Shown here piece by piece: positions 14,801 through 26,800 of a stretch of 64,000 nucleotides of DNA. The notes below the pieces were generated by a model. That model searched no databases, was not told the DNA's origin, and saw only the letters and a list, made by a program, of their open reading frames with translations. Position 1 is the stretch's first letter, and every line of letters starts with the position of its first letter. The translations under genes and the position numbers were made by a program. The DNA is from Antedon mediterranea (Eukaryota; Animalia; Echinodermata): assembly GCF_964355755.1 (NCBI RefSeq), contig NC_092673.1, forward strand, positions 17,047,648 to 17,111,647, in the 5' to 3' direction.

Positions 14801-17800
14801 TTGAATAATAATCATTATATATTCATCGCACTGTTATCTACAATTTACCAAGCATTTGTTATTCGTTTTTACCACTTTTCATATCTGTTAGAGAATTCCA
14901 TTTGATTATAAATGTTCCCTCGAATAAGCACCCTCCTCAAATGAACTCCGCCTCCCCACCTCCGCCCGATAAGGGCCCTACCAAACAATAAACACTATAC
15001 TTTAAAATGTTATTAATCATCTAAAACACTGTGAAACAGAGTAGTTTAGTTTTACGAATGTCAAGCATTTTCAATAATGGTAACCGACAGAAAACGTACA
15101 AGGAGAACATTTTTATCATTCCGAGAACCATCGTCTACACTTCCTAGAGGGGGAGCGAGCGAACGAAGCGAGCTCACCCTCTAGTATTCTTAAATAAAGT
15201 CTAGCCAAAAATATGATTAGCAAACACTAGACTTTGTTGTTTTCTTAATCTATCCATTATCATCAGTCGGATTTTTTAAATTAACAATTCAGTTATCATA
15301 TTAAAATAATATATTGTTATCATGGCCACTGATCCCATAGTTTTACAAGTCTTTTTGCAATGCAGATCGGTTTATTTCTTGAAATGTTGTAAACAAGGTC
15401 GTGATTATAGAAATGAAATTATTTGCACCATTCCACGAATATAAAAACATTCACTATTTGTTTTATATAACATCTAAGTAGATTCATGCATTTCATTTAA
15501 ATTGTCATCTTAATGGGATTGTCCACTGAGTAGGGGTTGGCCGTAGTGGTAAAACATATATTGCCCTTTGCTTTGCAGGGGCTTACCAAAAGGGGCTCTA
15601 CTGTATTATACATGAACATTAATAGCTTGCTGAATTAATTGCCATTTGAAGTCATTGCATTCATTGCTTTAAACATATTTTAATTTATAGATAATTATTT
15701 ATCACAAAAGAAAACAGTTATTGATTTTTTTATTTCTTAGACTTATATGGCATGGTTGGTTTATCAGATGAGAATATTCCATCTGCTATTACTGCTCATG
15801 GTACAGATGTTCAGGAAGTGTACACTAAGGCATTGACTGAGGGATCTGTCAAAATCAATCTTGGAATGCTTAAAGTGATTGGGCCGGAAGGAGTAGGTAA
15901 AACATGCCTCATAAATGCTTGTCTTGGAAAGGAGTAAGTAATAGTTAAAGGACAGTGAAATGAACTATGAACTATGCGAGTTAACTATTAAAAAAATATG
16001 ATTCATTTTAATAACCAATTCCCTAATATCGCAGCCTTAAGAGTAACTCAAGTTCACTAATGGTTTCAAATAATTTTCACTTCAAATTTAATTCCAAGCA
16101 TAATGTTTACAGCACTTAAAAGTGACCCAAGTTCATTATTGGTTTCAAATGATTTTCACTTCAGATTTAACCCCAAACATGATGTTACAGATGGAATAGC
16201 AGTGATAAGAACTGTAAGCACAACATGGACAGAAGATTATGACGATAGTGGTAAACATAAATATATTTAGATTTTCATCCCTCTTGCAGTGAATTATGAT
16301 AAAATATTGAAAGATAAACTGGAGATCAATACCACTACTGACACACAGTAGTATATTGTTGGATACTATGTTAATGTTGATATGAACAGTCGTGTAACTG
16401 GCTGATTTCTGCATGATTTTTTTTTTACATATTAAATATTGTTACTCCTGATCTTTTCTGATGCAAAACATTTGATAGTTTGCTTCTTTCAGGATTGTAT
16501 TTCATGCAATTTACATTATCAAGTAGTTTTAAGAGTGCTTGTCACCAAAAATCAGACATATTCGTAATTTAGTGGCAAGGGTCAAAATTTCGAATTGGCT
16601 CATATTTTGCACATTGGTAGACCTTGATGTAAGTAAATCTGATGTGTAGTTTGTTTGGTAAAATATCGCTTAGTTTTCGAGAAAATCGAAAAATAACGAT
16701 TTTCGGCCAATTTTGTTAATTTTTGGTGTATAATTTACATTAAGTGTAACAGCCTCTGGAAGCCAAATTTTGCAACCTAGCGTTTTAATATTTTACACTT
16801 ATGTTAACTAGCATCTTGACAATAATTTAGTAAAGTTTCAAAAAATTAAATGAAATTCTAATATTTTTACTAATTAATTACTAATTAGCGTATATAAAAC
16901 TCTTTAAAAAGTAGGGTAAAAACAAACGCGTTTTTTTTCATGTGCGACGAATTTTTTTTTAATAAAAAAATCGTCAATCTACTGTTTAGATACTAATATT
17001 TATGAATCAAGTAAAAACAATTTGGGGAAACTATTTTCCGCTCCGCGCCAGAGCCACAAAGTTGTAAGAAATTCAAAGATTTTATCTGTCGGCAAGATCA
17101 ATCAGTTGTACCTATTGTTCTCTATTTACAGATTTAAGGTAAATTTTACTACGAGAAACAAACTTTAAAGGTAAACTGAAAGGTCCTGAATAATTTGGAA
17201 TTACGATTTAATATAAAAACATCTAAAAATAAATTTCTAGTCAAATTTAAACGACTAACCCATGAAATTAAGCAATTACTATCTGAACTCAATAGTATAA
17301 CTCGCTTAGCTTCATCACCTGTTATATTTTCCACTAAGTGAATTTATTCTTATTATTATTATAATATAATAATAATAATATTATTATTTTTTGCACTATA
17401 CGCGCGCATGCGCAGTTTATTTTTATCAACAAAGTGTTCCCTTTGACGTGCGCGTATACGCGAAAATGTTTGATTTGCGCGAATAATTTCGCCTAGTGGA
17501 AAACAGGCTGATAATGTTCTTATCTTCTCATATAGGGAGTATTCGCACAAGCACGTTAACGCTATTTTCCAAGCTCCGCCCACTTTGTAAACAACTTGCT
17601 GTGCATGCGCAAGCATTACGAAAAACTTTAGTTACGTGCGTCGAGAACCTTATTTTTAAAAAATAGCGTAAATGAAAACGTTAACCAAAACATGATTAAA
17701 CATGCCTGGCTAGGCTTAGTCTCTATAAACCCAAGGTATTCCATGATTTGTTTTAATACGTGTGGCGTATGTTGCGTGCGCTACACATGCGTTGCGTTCT

Positions 17801-20800
17801 ACACTTCCCGTCGAAGCGCGAAATCAAAACGAACAAGTACGTTAACGCAAATGTTCACTGAACTCTGTTGTTATGCAAATGAGTAGAATGTTGACATCCG
17901 ATAACGTTCATGTGCTCGTGCGAAATTTCATAATAATTCGTAGCCTAAACAATAACTTGTTTGTAAACTTGTAAACCATTGTTTCATCCCTTCGCTTTAT
18001 TAAAAATTTACAGAATCGTCCCACATATTAAATTGTTATTTTAAAGAATTCTTACAGACATAGTTTTACCTTCATATACCTTAATCACTCGAGCAACTGC
18101 ACATGGAAACCATCTTTCCAAGCAAATCAATGTATGGCTTCTTGCGCTTTATGGTTATATCTGTGGTATCAAGTTCAAGAGAAGTACACATTTCTTGCAA
18201 CAGTGGCAAAGAGAATCTGGAGAGTTTTTCTTGAGCTTTCAGTTCACAAATATTATGCATTCAAACATTATTGGCTGCTACAAGCCTATTGTGTCCAGTA
18301 CGGTTTGCGACAAAAGTTGAATTTCTCTTTCCTTTTCCGTTTTTGAATCGTCTCCATTTTCTTCGACTTCGTCACCATCTTCATTACTATCGTAATCATC
18401 ATCTTCGTCATCATCATCATCATGAACGGCTGCATCTGTCCTCCTTTTTTTAGCCAAGTGTGAGAAAAAACTTGCAATCTGCTGTTAAAAATTCAGTCTT
18501 GCTACTAAATAGATGTGAACCATCGCTGTGCCTGGCCGATCTCATCTCTCGTGAGACATCACATGGATCAGCTTTCTGTCCCGTCTGCTCTCCAGCGTCA
18601 AAAACATGAATAAGGTAGGTTTTCTGTGGTACAGAAAATCGGGGTTTTTTTGCAGAGGACTTTAACGCCCAGCCCATTTTCAGTTTGGGGCCAATGTCAA
18701 ACCGTGGCAAATCGTTGGTTCTTGTTGGTTCTGGATTTTTAGAAGTACCCTCTTCTAGTTGTGTTGATTAATTTCATTGCCCTGTCATAAAGTGTTTCAT
18801 GTTCTAGTGCGTTCTTGTGATTTTCATAATCTAAGTGTTTCTCTAGGGAAGAGTACCTCTGATATGACCTAATGCAACCTTGTTCGCGACAAAAGAACAG
18901 TTTGCTGAGGGTGCCAGGACTTTTCTATTTGTTCGTAGTCTTTTATATCAGCTTGTTCTTCATGAGATGTCTTGGCTTGTATTCTTGCTTTTACTGCAAT
19001 AGATGATACTTGATTTATTTTAATCAGACGTTGTATCTCGGTTATGAATTAAATTGGGTAGCTTCGAAGGCACACAGAATTTACTCAAAAGTAGATTTTG
19101 TCCTGCACCAACACCATACGCCATCCACACCTTCATGGACCTGCTTCCATACTCTATGTTGTTGATGTGACTCACGCCTTTTATTTCCATTTCCCTGCTG
19201 CACAAATAGTACCACTCACTATCGATGCCTGTAAACCTAAACATGTATCTGTGTGCAGCGATTTCCTTCTGGCATGCTTGTAAAGGTAGGACTTCAGTGC
19301 TCTGTTTGCGGTCTTTTCTATCGAATCCACAAGCTCCGCCGACAACCGATTTAAAAGAACATTAAAGCCATCAGACAATAATTATATATAAGAATTATTT
19401 TCAACACGTCTCTACATTGTAAGACATAAACTAAAATGGATAACAAATCTGTTCCGTTGTCAACGTCAATGAAGATATCGTTATCTATCGAATATACGCA
19501 GTAAAGTGTTTTGTCTACTGTGGTTAATGTTTTGAAACATTCTCGTTGAGTAAGTTCGACCAGGTTCGACAAACAGGAAAACGATAACAAGTTAAAACAA
19601 ATTTGTTTTTCAGTTTTATCCTATAAACTATGAGAGGATGGAATAATTTATAATAATGTGGTTTGACAAAGAATAAGCGAGTGATTTTTAGTTAATTGCT
19701 TAATTTCGTATATTGGTTAGTGATTGAAATTTTACCAGAAACGTATTTTTAGTTTGTGTTTAAATTGAAACTTAATTCAAAATTTATCTTTCAAGTTTGT
19801 TTCTCGTAATAAAAGTTTGGCTTAATTCGACTTAGATTGCTAAATAGAGAACAATAGGTACATCTGATTGATCTTGCCGACAGATAAAATCTTTGAATTT
19901 CTTACAACTTTGTGGCTCTGGCGCGGAGTGCAAAATAGTTTCCCCAAATTTTTTTTACTTGATTCATAAATATTAGTATCTAAACTTTAGATTGATGACT
20001 TTTTTATTTTACAAAAATTCGTCGCACATGAAAAAAAAAACCGTTTGTTTTTACCCTACTTTTTAAGAGTTTTATATATGCTAATTAGTAATTAATTAGT
20101 CAAAATCTTAAAATTTCATCAAATTTTTTGAAACTTTACTAAATTATTGTCAAGATGCTAGTTAACGCAAGTGTAAAATATTAAAACGCTAGGTTGCTAC
20201 GTTTGGCTTCCAGAGGCTGTTAAACTTAATGTAAAGTATACACCAAAAATTAACAAAATTGGCCGAAAATCGTTATTTTTCGATTTTCTCAAAAACTAAG
20301 CGATATTTTACCAAACAATCTACACATCAGGTTTACTTAGATCAAGGTCTACCAATGTGCAAAATATGAGCCAATTCGAAATTTTGACCCTTGCCACCTA
20401 ATGTTTGATTTTTAATGACTGGCTCTCTTAAAGTGGTAACCTAATAATCAACTATTATTCACTTAAATCTAGAACCTAGAGAAATAAATAACTTTGTTTT
20501 GTTATTTTCAGGTAATCCCTCAAAACAGTTTACAAAATTTGTCGCTGATAAAATGAGAACAATGACTGAAAAAGTATGTCAACAACATTTTATTAAAAAC
20601 ATTAAAATAATACAAAAGGCATATATACTATTTTTTATTTTAAAGATATCAATCTACTTACTAAATCAGGTCTAGTAGACTAGATTGACATCTTTCCACA
20701 AAAAAAAATATTACACTACGTGGATGAATGAGAAAATTCAAATCCGCATTTATAATATAATATATACTGTACTATATTTATTACTATTACCGGTATTATT

Positions 20801-23800
20801 ATTACTAGCCAAAACTGAGGGCTTTGTTTTCTTAATGATCAATGATTCAAAACTAATGTAGTTTGGAAGGTAAAATATAAGGTTTGTTTTCATTGTATGT
20901 AGGCTGTCCAGAGACCACCTACAGATGATGATGAGTCTGAAAATGTTGAAGGCTACAATGATGATAGTGATGACAACTACAGCAATGATGATGATGACAA
21001 CCACAGCGATGATGATGATGATGATAACCACAGCAATGATGATCATGACAAACAGAGAAATGATGTTGATGACAACCACAGCAATGGTGATCATGACAAA
21101 CAGAGAAATGGTAATGATTAATTTTTGTAACTTTCAAAATTCTGTTTTTTTAAACAATAGTATTAAGAATTATGTAATATTATATTATATTGATGAATCT
21201 TTTTAAAATGGACCTGAAATGGATTTTCGATTTTTTTCATTTAAGAATGATGTTTTGGGGGCTATTAGGTGTTGCTAGAAGGTATATTGTTACAAAATAT
21301 AAATTCGCCCTTTTGGGTTAAGCCCCATTTGAAAATCAAAAAGAATCGTGGGTGACGTCACTTTGCAAATATATTCCTATCCCTCCAATGGACAATTTGC
21401 AGTTTTTTGGCTATAACTTTTGGAATTTATGAATTATTTTCTAAAAAATGCTTGTGCTTTAGCAGAAATGTATTTAGTTACTTTCTTTAGTTTTTAGTAT
21501 AGCAGAATTAAATTAGTAATATAAGATGATTTCATTAGAAAGATTCATTTGGTTGGTATTCCAAATAAAATATAATAGTTAATTATATCTCAACCGTAAT
21601 AGTAATAGTAAATAACGATTATTTTATTTACCCGACGTTTCGCCAACTATCAGTTGGCTTTCTCAAAGTGTAGTGACACGTATGTCACAGTTGACCTCTA
21701 GATGACGGGGTCAACACATTGGTCCACACTTGACTGAGTTTGTAACCGCCCTCATCTCTATTAAAATTGGGGGTCTTCCTAAACTCAGTCAAGTGTGGAC
21801 CAATGTGTTGGGGACCTGAGGATGAAAGTAGCCCAGACAATTGGTACTAAAAAGCCTCCTAAATCCAATGTGTCTAAAGAAGAACGACAGGTACTTTACA
21901 AACTGAAAAAAGAACCAGACATCTTAGTTCTACCAGCGGATAAAGGCAAAGCTACAGTTGTAGTCGACATAGAAAAAGTATCCGACATGCTAAGGGAGGA
22001 GAAGACTTGAAGAAAGATCCAATATAAACGACAGTTAGTGGACATTTTACAGAGATTAAAAAAGGAAAAAAAAAATAAACGAAGGTCAATATAAATTTTT
22101 GTATCCGACTGCAGAAAACATACCCAGGATATATTGTACTCCAAAAATTCACAAGGCAGGAAATCCATACAGGCCTATCATAGGTTACACAGGCTCATCG
22201 CATATAATGTATCTAGAAGTGTTGCTGACATTTTAGCCCCCTTAGTAGGTCAAATAGAACATCATATATTAAACTCCAGTGAACTTGCAAAAAAGTTGTC
22301 AACAATCAAAATAGGTACGAATGAGATGCTATAGTATCCCACGATGTAGTGTCATTGTTGTAGTGACAATGAGCAGCAAGTTGTTGATATCGCTTTGCGG
22401 AGCCGGCCTCGCATGGGTGGTCGATCGACTCTGCGCGCCAGGGGCCTAGGCCCTAGTAAAGGTTAGTTACGGAGGTAGGCATAGGCTAGGCCTTCTAAAT
22501 TGAGGTTTTAGAACAAACAAAAGTACATTTTTGGGCACTATATTTCAACAACATTTGATATTGAATAAATTAGTATTAGCGTCAACGCTTCGCGTATTTT
22601 TCCGTGCTGTCAATCATTCACTGACTATCGCGCGGCATGCACACTCCTCTCAATCGTGTAATGTGTGACGTCATGAATATAGATGTTCCCGACGGCCGTT
22701 GAAATAGAATATTGTAATGGCGGGAGTAATTTTCGCTAATTTACCAAGCTATCTTTTTCTCAAAATACTAAAATACCATTTGTGAATTTCTTGAAAATCG
22801 AAAATCCATTTCAGGTCCATTTTAATGACTGTAACATAACATGTGTAATACTGAGATTTGATCCCATTCACAATTATAGTGGAGTTATATAACTGTACCT
22901 TGATCGTGCCGTTTTACAACCATTCATTAAATTGGAAGGTAATACTGTATCTGCTGTAATAGAAATGTAATTATTTGCAGTTCTAAATTAATTTGTTTTT
23001 CTAGTATTTTCCAACTTGACTAAAAGTACTTTAAGAAATTTATTTGTATTTATATGATTACATTTTGAGTAAAATAATCACAACTGCTATAATTTATAAA
23101 GATAATGACTACAACAGAGATAATGATAATGACTAAATCAATGGCAACTGTGGTGATGATATAATGACTATAATGATAAAACAATGATGAGAATGATTGT
23201 TATGAGTATAATATTGTTGACAATTACAATGATGATGATGACCGTGATAATAATGTTAATTATGACAAAAACTACATAGTACAACATTGATAATAATGAA
23301 GATGACAACTACAACATTGATAATAATGAAAACTACAACATTGATAATGACACTTTCGTGACACCCCCTACTGTAGTGTTAATTATGTCAACAAATGACC
23401 AAACAATCCTAGGCCTAGCAAGGCTAAAGCGCCTAGGCATAGCCTAATACTAACAGTAACAGGCCTCTGGTAAGGCTAGAAAGGCAGCGATACCATTACA
23501 AAATTTCGACAGGCAACTGGAACTCATCTAGGCTAATTCTGCTAATTCCTTTTCAAACTTCTTTATTAACTATTCAAATCTGAGACGTCACTCAATTCTA
23601 TACTGTGGTCCCAAATTTAAATGGCACTCACTACCTTTCTCTCTCGTTAACAAACCATCAATTACTAGTTTCAAACTAAATCTTAAACAAGCACTGATCA
23701 CTGCATATGACGATTAATTCATAAATAATTTAAATGCTGGTAAATCTTTCTCTACTAATGGTTTTTTTAATGTCTTTTTATGAGCTCGAATGATTTAAGT

Positions 23801-26800
23801 CCTTGTCTGTCCGGTGTTTCGCTTTTTTTTTTTGGGGGGTTTCTCTTTTCACTTTTGTTTTTTTATATTGGTATATATGGTTTTTCATTTGTTTCAACCA
23901 TTGTTATTTTGTTTGTTACTGCAGGGAGTCTAGGCTTAAAGTTTACTTGTTTGTAACAAAAAACTTATCTAGGCTTCCTTCTACACATGCTTTTTACTAT
24001 GTAACATCTTGTATTTTTTTGTATGTGTAGAGAATTGTTTAATAAACGAAACTAAACAAAACTTAATTTTGTACATTTCTTAGTTTTTAATCTTAATCTT
24101 TCTCAGTTTACTTTAACATCTAGTTTTTTGTTTAAAAAAAAAAATTAATTTAAAAGATTTAAGAGATACTATAAAGTTCAGTTCAGTGTATTTCAAAAGC
24201 AATTTTCAAATCAAAAAGATTTTTTTTTATACACAAAAAAACTACAATCGTCCAATCAAATGTGTTATAAAATAACCAATAACAACAATTATGAATTTTT
24301 AATGACTATAATGATGATAGTGATAACAACTATGATAATGAGATCACTACAATGGTGTTTTTTGCATGTGGAGTATTACAAAAAAAATCTGTTTCACCTA
24401 CAGATACTGACATTGCTGACATTGATACAGATCAGCAGTTCGATATAGATGTAATTCAGGATATTGAGGAAAATAAGGAGGAAACCTTTAAAGACACGTT
24501 CAACATCTGGGATCATGGTGGACAACTGATATATCATGGTATACATCGGGTAAGTAATGATATATGTATTTGTCTATTTATTATACATGGTATTCATCAA
24601 CATAATAATAACGTTATTTTTTATATGCAGACATTGCTCAAATAGTTTCTACACAAAGGCTCTGTAAAGAGTATTCAAATAGTTCACTACAAAAACCTTA
24701 TAACTCTACAGTATGTTGGCCAGTTTAACTATGAGAAAAATGTAACCTAAGGAAATACAAATATACAGAACATTTTAGTGAAAATATTGCTAGTACTTAC
24801 TTGTCTTCTCATCTGCCATTTGGAAGGTACATGACCTCCTCCACACTTTTCTATTTAGTGTTTCTTCAATATTTATATTGTTTAATCTATATAGCAGAAC
24901 TTTCTTTTTCCTTCTTCTTCTTTTACCATCATATCTTTTCTATTAACAATTTTCAATAGTCCTCCTTCCCTCCTTTCAGATCCATACAAACTTTGAAGGT
25001 GACATACATGATTTTAGTTTTCCTATTATTTTTTTCCCCTTATGTATTCTATCCATTGTTATTATTATTGTTATTATTATTAATCGTCGTCATCATCAAT
25101 GTCATCATCAATATCAGTATCAATATCATCATTATCTTCATCATTATCATTATTATCATTATTATTATTAATATTAATATTAATATTATTATTAATATTA
25201 TTATTAATATTATCCGTTGACAATTCATTATATACAGTATTTACAGTAAATCCTATTAATCCATAATTTCTGTTTTTAATGTGTACTGCTTCTAGTTTTC
25301 TTAGGTGAGTTATTGTATATTTCTGCAAAAATGTTGTTTTAAATGAATTTGTACAAGAGAAGAAGTATTTGGTAAAAAAATAAATTGTATTAAAACATTT
25401 TATATAAAGTTCTTAGTTATAGATTTGTCTAAATATCAGAAAGTAGTTTATAACCAGTAAAATACTTGCTTTTTGCAGATGTTCATGACATTGGAAGCAC
25501 TTTATATTGTTGTATTTGATCTTAGTGTGAACCTTGAGGATCGTGCTATTTTCATTGATGCAAATGGAGTAAGTATTTGTAGGCCATGTAAAGTAATGTT
25601 TTGGAGGGACCTTAGTAGCAGTTAACCCACTAGGCTAAACTGGAGGAGTTACCCTCTTTAAAGATGGTTGAAATATAAGTATTGTAGTTATGTCCATGGG
25701 CTGGGAGCAGTAACCCCCTGCAACCTACATTTTTGGTATTTTTATGTACCTAAATATCCGGTGAACTAAAAAATATATGTTAACATCAAATATCCTCATT
25801 CCCGAGATGGGTTTTTAACAGATTTTTAAAAGCGATTTAATTTCAGATTTTTTACCAATTTTGGGGTAAGGGGGTAATACAAATAGCCATAGGTACAGTT
25901 TTCCTTGAACATTAATTCTTGGTATCAATGTATAGAGTATTGTCTGTTCTACAATTTGATATAAAATATGTGGTAATTAAATAATTAATGACATTACAAA
26001 AGGTCACTTCTTTTTTGAAAATGGAAAAATTCTGGTATCTACAAACATGTCAATATATCTTTTAAATATGCCAATATTATTGTTTTAAAATTGGCTAAAG
26101 TGATTCATATATGATAGGTATACACATTCTGATTCATATAACCATTTTTAGGTATGTATGTATATACAGTAGCTATAAATATGTACACAACTTAAACAAA
26201 ACAATAAGTTTCATTATTTTCCGTACATTTTTGGGGTAGGGGTTAATAACAGTAGTGATAAAGATAATTTTCCTTGATCAAATCTTTACAAATAGATATT
26301 AGTATGTAGAGTAAGTCTGTCTATTTTCCTTTTTGATTTTACATTTAGTGTAATTGGATAATTAACGACCTCATATTAGGTCAAAAGGTCACATTTAGAA
26401 AAAAATAGGTACTGTATCTACCAACCTGTAAATGTATAATTAAAATACCTAAATTAATCTTCATCTGAATCACTATCTTCACCGTAAGAAAGTTCACTTG
26501 CATCAGAATTACGCTCCTCATCATCTTCCTGAAATTTTTTATTATCTAGTTTATCAAGAATATCAACTAGGTTTTGTGGTAAAATTTTGTTTGATGTCCA
26601 TTCTGATCCATTATCTGTTGCAGTCCACCTCTAAATAATTTGTATTCCAGATAACTGAATGGCATGATGCAGCAAAATAAAGAAGATGTCACTGTCAGGA
26701 CTCCTAATTCTAGCATATTTAAAGCCCCTCTCTCTTCCATAAAAGCAATATAGTATCACTCTTGAGTCTGTCTCTTCTTGACTGGATTGAAGGTTGATCC

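Noticed and set aside
20750-21206. Met/Thr-rich, His/Cys-rich and Ile-rich ORFs listed in the track
   Set aside because: These are alternative frames or strands of the Asp-rich exon. Only the frame starting at 20903 fits the flanking exon phases.
24993-25328. Ile-rich and Asn/Asp-rich ORFs
   Set aside because: (ATT/ATC)n simple repeat in an intron, with no splice-compatible role.
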